From positions 1-62,715 of the IMG/VR virus record IMGVR_UViG_3300009146_000014: 62,715 nt of DNA, one strand, 5' to 3'. The stretch comes from a virus (Duplodnaviria > Caudoviricetes). The notes beneath the pieces are model-generated. The model was given only the letters and a program-made list of their open reading frames with translations. It ran no database searches and had not been told where the DNA came from. How positions within the stretch are numbered: the first letter of the stretch is position 1; each line of letters begins with the position of its first letter. Positions 36,925-46,682 of this stretch are shown here, in pieces. The position numbers and the translations under genes were made by a program.

Positions 36925-38588
36925 ACAGCGTCACAGTCAGCAACGGGCCGTCAACGACAGCCGGCGAGGGGATGACGCCGGTTGTTGTTGTCGCGCACGA
37001 CATGCTGGAGACGATCATTGTTGGCCAGCAAGGGCCGCCGGGACCACAGGGGCCGCCCGGTCCGCCGTCTGCGGTGCCCGGCCCGGAAGGGCCGCCGGGC
37101 AATTCGATTATTTACGGCACGTCTCCGCCGAATAGCTCTGTCGGCGAGGATGGCGACAGCTACATCAACAAGACGACGAATCTTTTCTACGGCCCGAAGG
37201 CGAATAATGTTTGGCCGGCCGGCGTGTCGATGGTGGGGCCGCAAGGTCCGCAGGGCGCGCAAGGTGCACAAGGGCCGAAGGGTGATGCGGGCGCGCAAGG
37301 TGCGCCGGGCGCGCAAGGTCCGGCGGGGCCGCAAGGTCCGCAAGGCTTGCCGGGCGCACAGGGCGCACAGGGCAATGTGGGACCGCAAGGGCCGCCCGGC
37401 CCAACCGGCGCGGACTCGACGGTGCCCGGCCCGGCCGGGCCGGCGGGCGCAACCGGCGCGCAAGGGCCGCCCGGCCCAACCGGCGCGGACTCAACGGTGC
37501 CGGGGCCTCCGGGCGCAACCGGCGCGCAAGGGCCGAAGGGTGACAAGGGCGACACGGGCGCGGCATCAACGGTGCCGGGGCCTCCGGGCGCAACCGGCGC
37601 GCAAGGTCCGGCCGGCGCGCAAGGTCCGCAAGGCATCCAAGGTCCGGCCGGGCCGGCGGCGGGTTCGCTCATTCCGCAGGGCCGGCTAACGCTCAACACG
37701 GCGACGCCAATCATGCTGGCGTCATACGCGAACGTGGGCGCGATAATTTACACGCCGCACAACGGCCTCTATCTGCCGCTGTTCGATGGCTCGACTTTGG
37801 TTGCGGCCAATGTGGGCGGCGAACTTGGGCAGCTACATGCCGACACTTCCAAGAGTCCGGCCGCAGCGGTGGCCAACAAGACTTACGATGCGTTCGCTTG
37901 GCAGGACGGCGGAGCGGTGACGCTTTCGCGCGGCTGGCCTTGGCAGTCGGACACATCGCGCGGAGTCGGCGCCGGCACATCCGAGTTGATTCGCAGGGGC
38001 GGGATATACGTCAACAAGTACGCCATCACGAACGGGCCGGCGGCGGAGCGCGGGACATATCTCGGGAGCTTCCGCACGAACTCACTCGGGCTTAGCGATC
38101 ACATCATAAACACGTACGGCACGCCGGTTGCGGCGAATCACTTGGGCGTGTGGAACAAGTACAACCGCGAGCCTCTGACGACTTGGTTGCATGACACGGG
38201 CGCCGACTATCAATCGACTCCGGGCAGCACGTGGCTCATGCATTGCCTACACGCCGGCACGCGATGGAATTTCTTGCGCGGGCTCGATGAACATCAAATG
38301 GTGTTTCGCATGGCCGTTCGCGGCAATGGCCCGGCGGGGCATTATCAGCAGTTCGGATTCCTGTTGGATGCAGCGGCGGGGGCGCCGGGACTAGCAGGGC
38401 AGAATTGGCTGTCACAGGTTGGGGTGCTGCAAGTCGCGTCGAGCGTCTATGATATTTCGGTGGAGGCGTCGGCGGTGCTTACGACCGCGCTCGGTTGGCA
38501 CTATACGCAGGCGATGGAATGGGTTTCGACGCCATCGACTATCAAGCGAGCGCAATACCACATGCTTACGTGTCAGACGATGTACTAG
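36921..38588 (+). CDS. Collagen-like fiber protein
   Basis: Long G-X-Y repeats (about 37020-37660) with ADSTVPGP interruptions; C-terminal globular domain. Confidence 0.82.
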   Translation: MNSVTVSNGPSTTAGEGMTPVVVVAHDMLETIIVGQQGPPGPQGPPGPPSAVPGPEGPPGNSIIYGTSPPNSSVGEDGDSYINKTTNLFYGPKANNVWPAGVSMVGPQGPQGAQGAQGPKGDAGAQGAPGAQGPAGPQGPQGLPGAQGAQGNVGPQGPPGPTGADSTVPGPAGPAGATGAQGPPGPTGADSTVPGPPGATGAQGPKGDKGDTGAASTVPGPPGATGAQGPAGAQGPQGIQGPAGPAAGSLIPQGRLTLNTATPIMLASYANVGAIIYTPHNGLYLPLFDGSTLVAANVGGELGQLHADTSKSPAAAVANKTYDAFAWQDGGAVTLSRGWPWQSDTSRGVGAGTSELIRRGGIYVNKYAITNGPAAERGTYLGSFRTNSLGLSDHIINTYGTPVAANHLGVWNKYNREPLTTWLHDTGADYQSTPGSTWLMHCLHAGTRWNFLRGLDEHQMVFRMAVRGNGPAGHYQQFGFLLDAAAGAPGLAGQNWLSQVGVLQVASSVYDISVEASAVLTTALGWHYTQAMEWVSTPSTIKRAQYHMLTCQTMY

Positions 38589-38601
38589 GTAGGAGGCGGC
38601 A

Positions 38602-40050
38602 ATGCAGGAAGATGTGAACCCGCGCGTGCTCGATATCTCGCATCATAATTGGGACGATCACGGTCCACTCGATTGGGACTCAATCGTGCGCTCCGGAATT
38701 TGGGGCATCATCCACAAGGCGACGGAAGATATCGACTATATGGACCCGTACTATCAGCGGGCCATCGCCGAAGCATCGGGACACGGCTTGCTTGTCGGCG
38801 CGTATCATTTCTTTCGGCCGGGCAACATCATCGAGCAGGCGGACCATTTCTTGCGAGTGGTTCGGCCGACTCGGGACACGCTCATTGTGCTCGACCATGA
38901 GGACGAGGGATGTAGTCTCGATGACGTGAAAGAGTGGATGCGCTATGTGCAGACGCGAACCGGCCAGCAACCGGCGCTCTACTCTGGTCACGTCTTGAAA
39001 GAGCAAATCGGCGACGGGCGAGACGAGTACCTCGCGCGCTCGCGCTTGTGGATTGCGGAGTACAACGCAAAGCCGACGTGGCCGCCGAATTGGGATGAGT
39101 TGTGGCTCTGGCAATTCACGGACGGCATCGTGGGGCCGATGCCGCACACGATTCCCGGCGTCGGGAGTGTGGACATCAACAGTTATTCCGGCAGCAAAAA
39201 GACGTTGCAGCAAACGTGGAGTACGAGCATGCGACCCGACAGACCAGAGAGACCCGGCAGACCCGACAAGCCGCAGAGGCCGCCGGATGTAGTGAAGCCT
39301 CCGGAGCCGGACGGCGAGCCGGCGCCATGGCTGCAAGTCATGCGCGCCATGACCGGCCTAACCGAAGGCTCGGGCTCGGCGGACAACCCGAAGATTCTCG
39401 GGATGCGCAACTACATCGCGGCCAAGTGGCCGGACATGGCCGAATATTGTTCCTACTACAAGCACGATGACACGCCATGGTGCGGACTGTGCTCCGCCTT
39501 CTGCGTTTCGGTTGCCGACATCCGGCCGCCGTTCGGTCCAACGGACACTGATCGGTTCCTATGGGCGTTGTCGTGGTCGGATGGGCGCGACGCGGCGGGG
39601 TTCATCACGCTCGATGAACCAAGGCAGGGCTGCATCGTTGTCACCGAGCGCGACGGCGGCGGACACGTGACGATGTTCGAACACATGGAAGGCGGCAAGT
39701 ATATGTGCCGTGGCGGCAATCAATCCGACTCGATCAACGTCACGGCGATTGATCCAAGCACGGTCGTTGCGCTGATGTGGCCGACCAAGCTCGGCGTGGA
39801 AATCTCGGCTGATGTGCCGCCGGCATTTCCCGAGTGGATGCAGGCGAGCCTCAATCTCTTGGGTGCGAAGCCGCCGCTCGACATCGACGGAGAGTTCGGC
39901 CCGGCGTCGAAATCTGCGTTGCAGAAATTCCAGAAGGACAACAAGTTGGCGCCGACCGGCGTGCCCGATCAAGATACGACCGGCGCCATGCTTGAGGAGC
40001 TACAGAAGCTCAATGACGATCGGGGTTTGGACGAGGACGACGACGACTGA
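38602..40050 (+). CDS. Endolysin: GH25 muramidase + CHAP/NlpC-like domain + peptidoglycan-binding domain
   Basis: DISHHN, KATE, GAYHF, LDHE, WQF; TPWC...GHV...GGNQSD; DGEFG.....L.KFQ....L..TG. Confidence 0.88.
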   Translation: MQEDVNPRVLDISHHNWDDHGPLDWDSIVRSGIWGIIHKATEDIDYMDPYYQRAIAEASGHGLLVGAYHFFRPGNIIEQADHFLRVVRPTRDTLIVLDHEDEGCSLDDVKEWMRYVQTRTGQQPALYSGHVLKEQIGDGRDEYLARSRLWIAEYNAKPTWPPNWDELWLWQFTDGIVGPMPHTIPGVGSVDINSYSGSKKTLQQTWSTSMRPDRPERPGRPDKPQRPPDVVKPPEPDGEPAPWLQVMRAMTGLTEGSGSADNPKILGMRNYIAAKWPDMAEYCSYYKHDDTPWCGLCSAFCVSVADIRPPFGPTDTDRFLWALSWSDGRDAAGFITLDEPRQGCIVVTERDGGGHVTMFEHMEGGKYMCRGGNQSDSINVTAIDPSTVVALMWPTKLGVEISADVPPAFPEWMQASLNLLGAKPPLDIDGEFGPASKSALQKFQKDNKLAPTGVPDQDTTGAMLEELQKLNDDRGLDEDDDD

Positions 40051-40105
40051 CGAGTCAAGCCTCGCGATTACGTACGTGAATACGTACGGGAGAGGAGTTC
40101 GTGTC

Positions 40106-40312
40106 ATGTTGGAATCGCTGATCTATGCGCTGATCTATCTGGCCGTCTTGGTGCTCGCGGTGAAGGTCTTTCTTTGGTTCCTCGCCGACGTTGTGGGCAT
40201 GTCGCTGCCGGACCAAATCGTGAAGATCATTTGGTTCGTCGTGGCGCTCATAGCACTGCTCATTCTGATTCAACTGCTCTTGCCCGGCGGGGTATTGCCG
40301 CGCTTGAGGTAG
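40106..40312 (+). CDS. Putative holin / small two-TM membrane protein
   Basis: Two hydrophobic helices, directly after the endolysin, AGGAG RBS. Confidence 0.6.
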   Translation: MLESLIYALIYLAVLVLAVKVFLWFLADVVGMSLPDQIVKIIWFVVALIALLILIQLLLPGGVLPRLR

Positions 40313-40613
40313 CCGGGCTAAGGTGAGGGTGCAGAGCATGTCATGTGCTTTGTTCCGGTGGGCGGTCTCGCGTTTTACGCAGGCGGGGCCGCCCATATCC
40401 CTTTCCCGGCCGGGCGGGTGGTTCCCTTCCCTATTGCCCCCTTGCCATCCGTCCGGCCGGTCTGAACGCTGAAATGTTAACTTTTGGCCTATTTGTGGGC
40501 AGTTCGTCCGCAAACCGCCTTGGAGGGGCCGCCAGTGCCCGGAATTTTCCAGGGTCCGGCAGCCCGGAGACCGGCTCCGATCGCTACGGGCGGGGCAGAT
40601 TGGGGCAAGTTCC

Positions 40614-40811
40614 CTAGCAGGCGGGGTCTTTGGCCGGCGTTTCCTCGATCGCCACGCTGAACGCCGGGTAATTCTTGGCGTACCCGAGCAACGTGAGCCA
40701 TTGCCGGGCGGCGTCTTGGGAGCGGGCCGGCAACGAGGGGTTGGCCTCTAGCGTCCGCAACAGGTCGCGGAGGTCGTCAAGATTTTCCGGCTTGAGAATC
40801 AGTCTCGGCAT
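40614..40811 (-). CDS. Hypothetical protein
   Basis: Last ORF of the leftward operon. Confidence 0.45.
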   Translation of the reverse strand: MPRLILKPENLDDLRDLLRTLEANPSLPARSQDAARQWLTLLGYAKNYPAFSVAIEETPAKDPAC

Positions 40812-40998
40812 CGGGTTGGTCTCGCGTGCACTCGTGACACTTAGCACGACGCGGGACGCCTTGGCTCGATTTGCGCACCGACTCGTGGCCGCACGACAGA
40901 AACAGGCGCACCGACCTCGCGACGTAGCCGGTATATCGAGACGCGCCGCAATACTCGTGGCTCGTCACATCGCGCATGATGCGTTTCATTTCGCCTTC

Positions 40999-41310
40999 TC
41001 ATTCAAAAAAGTATCGAGCGTTGTGAGCGAGGCACAACGCGAACGGGTCTTGATGGCCACGCATGCGCCACCATTCGAGTTCGTTGCCGAATTGGTGTTG
41101 CGATCGGTGACACGCGGAAGTGAGCGGCAGCGCCCAAAGGTCATCCGGCTTTTCACCGAGTCCACAGTGCCGCTTATCATACGCACGCGAGGCGGCGCGT
41201 AAGTGTGCCGCCTCGCATGGTGGACCGCGCATGCATCCGCAAGCGCAGCGTTGCTTGCGGACCCATGCGAGATATCGGTTATTGATCACTCGTGGGCGAC
41301 GTTGCCTCAT
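40999..41310 (-). CDS. DUF968-like (HNH-like) phage protein
   Basis: YLAWVR...C..C.....EAAH...KPDD...PL...CH..QH. Confidence 0.72.
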   Translation of the reverse strand: MRQRRPRVINNRYLAWVRKQRCACGCMRGPPCEAAHLRAASRAYDKRHCGLGEKPDDLWALPLTSACHRSQHQFGNELEWWRMRGHQDPFALCLAHNARYFFE

Positions 41311-42344
41311 TGGCGCCTTTGGCCTTTCGCGGGCGCGGCTTTGCTGCCGGACGCTTTGCTGCCGGCTTTGCTGCCGCCGGCACCGGAGCGGCCACTTTCG
41401 CTCGCGGCTTGCGCGCCTTTTTGTGGTTCGCCGTCTTTGGCAGACTTCGCGCCAGTTGCTTGACGACTCGAGTCAGTTGTAGTGCGTCTCCCTTGGTCGT
41501 TAGCTTCCCGTCCAAGACGAGCGCGAGACTCCCGTCTATCGTTATTGCCGTCAACGAGATTGTCGCCGGCACTTTCGGGTCCGTCATCTTGACTGCCATC
41601 ATCCGCCTCACTTTCTATAACGCGGTTTACGTGCGCGACATCGAATCCACGAGACTGATCTTTCGCACTGTCGCGCAGTCGTTGCGAAAGAGCAGAAACA
41701 CGTTCGTTGACTTCAATCATGTCCTCGCTGGTGGTGATTTCCTCTGGCGTGTAGACGCCGAGCAAAACCTCCGGGCAATGCATGCGCGCCCATTGACGGA
41801 CGGCGGAATAGAAAAGCTGGACCTCCGGTTGGTCATCCCATAGCGGCGAGCCTTTGACGCGGCCTTTGTCGTTGCGGCCTCGCGCATCGCGGAGCTTGCC
41901 GAGCGTCTCTGAAATGTATTCGTGCGGCTTGCTCTCGCCGATGAATAGGCCGGTCACTTTGCAGCGGCGCTCGTCTCCGTCGCCGAGAATCTCAGTTCGC
42001 AACCGGCCTTTGAGCGGTGCCCATCGAATGACGATCGCGTGCACAAGCTGCGATTCGTAGCCGATACGTTCGTCTCCGCCTTGCGTGTAGGCGATATAAG
42101 ATTTCTCGGCGACGGCGTAGGGGTCCATTTGCCAGCGCAGAGCGCGTGAGAGGATGGCGAGGCAGGCGCCGGGATTGCCTCGCAAATACTTGGGCACGGC
42201 AGCGCCGGACACGCTCATGAGCTTCGCAAGCTCGGTGGCTTGGCCCATGTTCTCCGGAGTGATGCCGCCGCCCATCGATTGGATGGGGATTGGTGCAGTA
42301 ACGGCGCGGTCAATGCGCTTCTCGATTTCGCCAACGTCAATCAT
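41307..42344 (-). CDS. recT: RecT-like single-strand annealing protein
   Basis: VP..LRGNPG.C.A....A.RW.MDP.AVA.K, YE.QL, PLW...P..QL.Y...R.WAR..CPEVLLGVYTPEE. Confidence 0.82.
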   Translation of the reverse strand: MIDVGEIEKRIDRAVTAPIPIQSMGGGITPENMGQATELAKLMSVSGAAVPKYLRGNPGACLAILSRALRWQMDPYAVAEKSYIAYTQGGDERIGYESQLVHAIVIRWAPLKGRLRTEILGDGDERRCKVTGLFIGESKPHEYISETLGKLRDARGRNDKGRVKGSPLWDDQPEVQLFYSAVRQWARMHCPEVLLGVYTPEEITTSEDMIEVNERVSALSQRLRDSAKDQSRGFDVAHVNRVIESEADDGSQDDGPESAGDNLVDGNNDRRESRARLGREANDQGRRTTTDSSRQATGAKSAKDGEPQKGAQAASESGRSGAGGSKAGSKASGSKAAPAKGQRRQ

Positions 42345-42727
42345 GGGGTGTTCCCTTTTGCCATGTGCTCGACAAGCTTGAGGATGATGGCGCGCGCCTC
42401 TTGCGACAGTCGGGGCCATTTCGAGGCGACTTTGTATCCGTCGTTGCTCGATAGGAATTTTGCAATCTCCGACTCGCCGGAAGCGCGCACATCGGTTGCG
42501 CGTGGAAAAAACCAACTGATGGGCCGATGCAGAATCGTCACCAAGAGTTCGATGCGCGCGGGTGGGATGCGATCGCCTCCGGATTCGTATTTTTGTAGCT
42601 GTTGATAAGAGACGCCGATTGCGTCGGCGACATCCTTTTGAGAAAGGCCAAGAGCAAGCCGGGCCTCGCGGATGCGAACGCCGATGGCTCGATCGTAATC
42701 GGTTGGATGCCGGCCGGTCGCATTCAT
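42341..42727 (-). CDS. XRE-family HTH regulator
   Basis: IG.RIR.AR...GLSQ..VA.AIGVSYQQLQKYE.G.RI, typical of alphaproteobacteria. Confidence 0.88.
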   Translation of the reverse strand: MNATGRHPTDYDRAIGVRIREARLALGLSQKDVADAIGVSYQQLQKYESGGDRIPPARIELLVTILHRPISWFFPRATDVRASGESEIAKFLSSNDGYKVASKWPRLSQEARAIILKLVEHMAKGNTP

Positions 42728-43107
42728 TTTGCTATCGCCGATTTTGGCCCGACTAGGATTGATGGGGGAAGCGGCAGCGCGTGCTTGAGCGGCTTCCACA
42801 AGTGGAGGCAGTGCGGGTGACAATTCACGTACTCCGCTTTCGGTGGGTGATACTGGATGACGGTCTCATTCTCGTGCCAAAAAATGTCTTTGACCCAACA
42901 CATTTCATCCCATGTCGGGCACCGATCGCGCGCCGAGACGCTCACGTGTTCCCAACCGTGCCGCGCATCGACGCCGCTCGAAATGACGAGCAACCGCCCG
43001 AGCGGGCCTTTGAATTGAAACGCGCCTTCGCGCTTGCCGGGCAAGGTCGCATAGTGGCCGTCAAGAATGCGGCACGGCTCGACATCAGGTGAAAGTGTAA
43101 GGCGCAT
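42724..43107 (-). CDS. Conserved phage hypothetical protein
   Basis: GWEHVSVS...RCPTWDEMC.VKD.FW...E.V.QYHP...YVN.H..CLHLW. Confidence 0.75.
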   Translation of the reverse strand: MRLTLSPDVEPCRILDGHYATLPGKREGAFQFKGPLGRLLVISSGVDARHGWEHVSVSARDRCPTWDEMCWVKDIFWHENETVIQYHPPKAEYVNCHPHCLHLWKPLKHALPLPPSILVGPKSAIAK

Positions 43108-43117
43108 CAGTCTCTCT

Positions 43118-44885
43118 CGCTCGGGGGTTTCGGTGCTCTCGCTTGGAACGGCTCGCTCTGCGTCTTTGGGTGTCTCGATGTAGATGGCACGGTTCGCTCT
43201 TTTCTTACGGTGCTCTCGACGGTCAAGGCTCGCTCAAAGGATTCGGTGCTCTCGATGTGGGTGGCTCACTCAAAGGATTCGGTGCTCTCGGGATCGATGG
43301 TGGTTTTACTCGATGGCAAATGGCTCGCTCGCTGTATTCGGTGCTCTCATCGGCGAGTGGCTCGCTCGGCGACGATGGTTCTCTCGACGCGAATTGGCTC
43401 GCTCGGTGATTATGGCGCTCTCAACGGACCCGGCTCGCTCGGCGACTACGGTGCTCTCGGTGGCGCGGGCTCGCTCGTCGACGACGGTACTCTCTACGGT
43501 TCGGGCTCGCTCGCTGCTCTCGGTTCTCTCACTTTCACATGGCTCGCTCGCTGCTTTCGGTGCTCTCGCTTGTGCTGGCTCGCTTTGATGGTTCGGATTC
43601 CTCAGTGGTTCGGGCTCGCTCGTCGTATTCGGTGCTCTCGTGGGCAACATGGCTCGCTCTCAGGCAACGGTGCTCTCAGCATTATCGGCTCGCTCACGTA
43701 TTTCGGTTTCTCTCAACGGGGCTGGCTCGCTCATGCGTGACGGGTATTCTCAACGGTGCTGGCTCGCTCTGTGGGTACGGCGCTCTCGGGCAGTATGGCT
43801 CGCGCTCTTGCATTACGGCGAATGTGCTCAAAGGCTTTGGCATCGCTCAAGGGTTGCGGCGCTCTCGGCATAGACGGCTCGCTCAAGTCCAAGTGGTTCT
43901 CTCGGCATAGACGGCTCGCTCAAGGGGTTCCGGTGCTCTCTCTCTGTGTGGCTCGCTCGCAGGGCTGGGTTCTCTCTTGCTTGTTTGGCTCGCTCATTTG
44001 GTTCGGGTGCGCTCGCTTCTAACGGCTCGCTCAACGCGGAATGGTGCTCTCGTCGTGCAAGGCTCGCTCTTAGGTGCTGGTGCTCTCGACGCAGACGGCT
44101 CGCTCTCCCTTTTCGGTTCTCTCAATTGCAAAGGCTCGCTTGCAGCAGACGGTTCTCTCGTGCGCTACGGCTCGCTCGTCGGTTTCGGTGCTCTCTGCGC
44201 TTAGGGCGCGCTCAACGAAATTGGTTCTCTCGTGGGGCTCGGCTCGCTCTGTGTTCTGTGGTTCGCTCTCGGGATATGGCTCGCTCTCGCTATCCGGTAC
44301 TCTCATGGCAAAGGCGGCTCGCTCGTTGGGCTCGGTGCTCTCTTTGGCCTCTGGCTCGCTCGATGATATTGATGCGACTCGCTTGAGACGGCTCGCTCGT
44401 TGTTTTCGGCGCTCTCTCGCTGATGGGCTCGCTCGTTGTCTCCGGGTTCTCTCTATGAGTACGGCGCGCTCACGTCCTACGGTGCTCTCTCGGATTACAG
44501 GCTCGCTCGTTTGCTCCGGGCTCTCTCGACTGATTCGGCGCGCTCGCGCTTATCGGTGCTCTTGCATCATGTGGCTCGCTCAGGAGAGAACGGTTCTCTC
44601 ATCTCTCTAGGCTCGCTCATGGGTTTCGGGTGTCTCGTGTGTCATGGCTCGCTCATTTGGCTCGGTGCTCTCTCGCTGATTGTGGCTCGCTCGCATTTCT
44701 GGTGCTTGCTCTATTTCGACGGCTCGCTCATTTGGCTCGGTTCTCTCTCGCTGTACGGCGCGCTCGCGAAGCATGGTGCTCTCGGTCCGATTGGCTCGTT
44801 CAACTCCGATGGTGCTCTCGGGGATTACGACTCGCTCAAAGCTTAGGCTCGCTCGCGAAGCATGGTGCTCTCTGGTCTTACGGCT
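43118..44885 (-). ncRNA. TIGR-like (tandem interspaced guide RNA) array, about 48 units of about 36 nt
   Basis: Minus-strand unit AGCC-N9-GAGAGCACC-N9-GAGCG (plus strand GGCTCGCTC-N9-GGTGCTCTC-N9); spacers variable, mostly 9 nt (8-11); indels break every reading frame; starts at the stop codon of the Nop-domain gene. Confidence 0.88.
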
Positions 44886-45735
44886 TAATCAAATGCGCGT
44901 GCCCAAGGTGCGCGATGGCGTACGGCATCGGCGGCTCGATGTTGAGGATGCGCCGACACATTTCGCCATGCAGATGGGCGAGGAAAATTTTGACGGCGTA
45001 GCGCCGCGCCATCGCGTGAATGCGACCGGGCGGATACTTGCCGACGCTATACGCTTTATAGGCCTCGGTTTCCTTCCGGTACTTTTTCGCCAGCAACGTG
45101 GCTGCCGCCTTTTCGGCATAGTCGCCGCGCTCGTTGCGCTCGATGTAGACGGCTTTTTGCTTGGCCCATATGTGCCCGTAGACGCACTTCTCATGATTGT
45201 GGAATTTGACGAACGACTCGCCGGCCTTCCAACAAATCACCTTGAGCGATGCATTCCAGGGCCGCTTGGTTTTCGGTGCCCATGTCACGGTTGGATCAAG
45301 CCCGGCGAATCGCCAGATGTGCCCGACTGTCGGCGCCTTGTTGATGTCGATGTGCGCGAGCAAGCCGGCGGCAATCACCGGGCCGATGCCGTGCACGGAC
45401 ACGAGCCACTCGCCAACCGGATGCGATTCGACATACTTGCCGAGCGCGCGCTTGATTTGGCCTTCAAGCGTTTCCGTCTGAGTGGCGAACCATTGCAAGA
45501 CGGAGTGCGGCTCGATGGCCTTGGCGACCTCGCCGGTTTTGTCGTCAACGGTCTCGATGGGGTTTTGCTGGATTGAGCGGATTTGCCCATCGCTCCGGAT
45601 GCGCTGCTCTTGTTGTTGGTAGTAGGTATCAACGAGAAAGCGAACCTCCGCCTCGCTCAAGGTGACAGAGGCGCTCGCGATGTCGCGGGTTAGCCGTTGG
45701 ATGGGTGTCGTTGCAATCGTCGTGTCCGTGCTCAT
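44878..45735 (-). CDS. tasA: IS110/Nop-domain RNA-binding protein, TasA-like (no nuclease domain)
   Basis: Coiled-coil N-terminus (YQQQEQRIR), WL.SVHGIGPVIAAGLLAHID, IWRFAGLDP, RPWN..LK, H..A.R..VK.FL.HL; no DEDD/RuvC or HNH domain; abuts the array. Confidence 0.82.
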   Translation of the reverse strand: MSTDTTIATTPIQRLTRDIASASVTLSEAEVRFLVDTYYQQQEQRIRSDGQIRSIQQNPIETVDDKTGEVAKAIEPHSVLQWFATQTETLEGQIKRALGKYVESHPVGEWLVSVHGIGPVIAAGLLAHIDINKAPTVGHIWRFAGLDPTVTWAPKTKRPWNASLKVICWKAGESFVKFHNHEKCVYGHIWAKQKAVYIERNERGDYAEKAAATLLAKKYRKETEAYKAYSVGKYPPGRIHAMARRYAVKIFLAHLHGEMCRRILNIEPPMPYAIAHLGHAHLIKP

Positions 45736-46682
45736 GGTCCGCCTCCGGGTAGCTCTCGGGTTAAACGTGCGTCAATGCGGGCGCGCTCATCCGTGGCCAA
45801 CGGGAGCGAGCGCAAATCATTCTCCGCCGGACCGGGCCAATGATCCTCGCGGATGCACGAGGCGATCTTGCGGAGCATGGCGCGGTTCTGTAATCGGCCG
45901 CGCGCCAAATCGTCGGGGTCAACCGGGACGGCGCGCGCACAGTACGGTGGCGCCGTCTCGATAAACATCAGAGTGAAAAACTGGAAAGGCGCGGTCGGGT
46001 CGATGACTTCCACGGCTTCCCAAATCAGTGCCGCTTGCTGGTGATAGGCGTAGGCACGGATTGCGTATTGCAGCGCCGGGCTTGTGACCTCCGCCGCAGT
46101 TTTTAAATCCACGTAGTCTCCGCCATCGGTCGGGATGACATCGGGCCGAACCTTTACCCAAAGGTCGGTCTCCGGGTGCTTGAAGAATCCAGAGACCTCG
46201 ATGTGACCGCGCAGAATGCCGGCATTGATGAGCGGCTCAAGGGTGAGCGATCGGGCCATGCCGACAATGTGCTCAAGCTCCGCTTGCGTGACGATCACGC
46301 GGCCAAGCTTGGTTTGCTCTGCCGCCCATTGCCGGCACGGCTTGGCGTTGCCATTCCACGGCTTTGTCTCGGCGGTGGTTCGGTCGCGATAGGTCGCGGG
46401 CTGCTTTGAGAAGCGGAGCCGGAATCCATCCTCGCCGAGAAACAGATGATGCGCTGCCGCGCCGAGTATCATAGCGCGAGTCGTCTTGCGCGGAATCGCT
46501 TTCGGGTTCTCAACCCATGTCGAAAACATATGCGCGGCGGATTTCGACCAACACGTGCGCAAGTCGGTGGACGATACGGCGAGGCCTTTGCATATGCCGC
46601 GCGAGTGATAGCGATCGATGGGGATGCCGCTATACCAACCGGGCTTGGTGATCGGCTTGCCATTCCACTTCGTGATGATCAT
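45732..46682 (-). CDS. RecE/exonuclease VIII-like PD-(D/E)XK nuclease
   Basis: YH, SST.L, G.A.H, KVRPD, DLKT, Y.YH.QAA motifs. Confidence 0.85.
   Translation of the reverse strand: MIITKWNGKPITKPGWYSGIPIDRYHSRGICKGLAVSSTDLRTCWSKSAAHMFSTWVENPKAIPRKTTRAMILGAAAHHLFLGEDGFRLRFSKQPATYRDRTTAETKPWNGNAKPCRQWAAEQTKLGRVIVTQAELEHIVGMARSLTLEPLINAGILRGHIEVSGFFKHPETDLWVKVRPDVIPTDGGDYVDLKTAAEVTSPALQYAIRAYAYHQQAALIWEAVEVIDPTAPFQFFTLMFIETAPPYCARAVPVDPDDLARGRLQNRAMLRKIASCIREDHWPGPAENDLRSLPLATDERARIDARLTRELPGGGP

Noticed and set aside
37020-37665. Long imperfect GC-rich repeats
   Set aside because: Explained by collagen G-X-Y coding
9800-40000. Many long minus-strand ORFs within the structural module
   Set aside because: Shadow ORFs expected in high-GC DNA opposite well-supported genes
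43118-44885. CRISPR array
   Set aside because: Repeats are only 9 nt, of two alternating kinds, with ~9-nt spacers, and there are no cas genes
43143-45001. Repeat-protein ORFs across the array (GSL/GAL, ARS/VLS, WLA frames)
   Set aside because: Spacers of 8, 10 and 11 nt shift the frame repeatedly and stops occur; conservation is at the nucleotide level
44878-45735. Active IS110 insertion sequence
   Set aside because: No DEDD/RuvC domain and no catalytic SG motif; the gene is coupled into a phage operon and followed by an array
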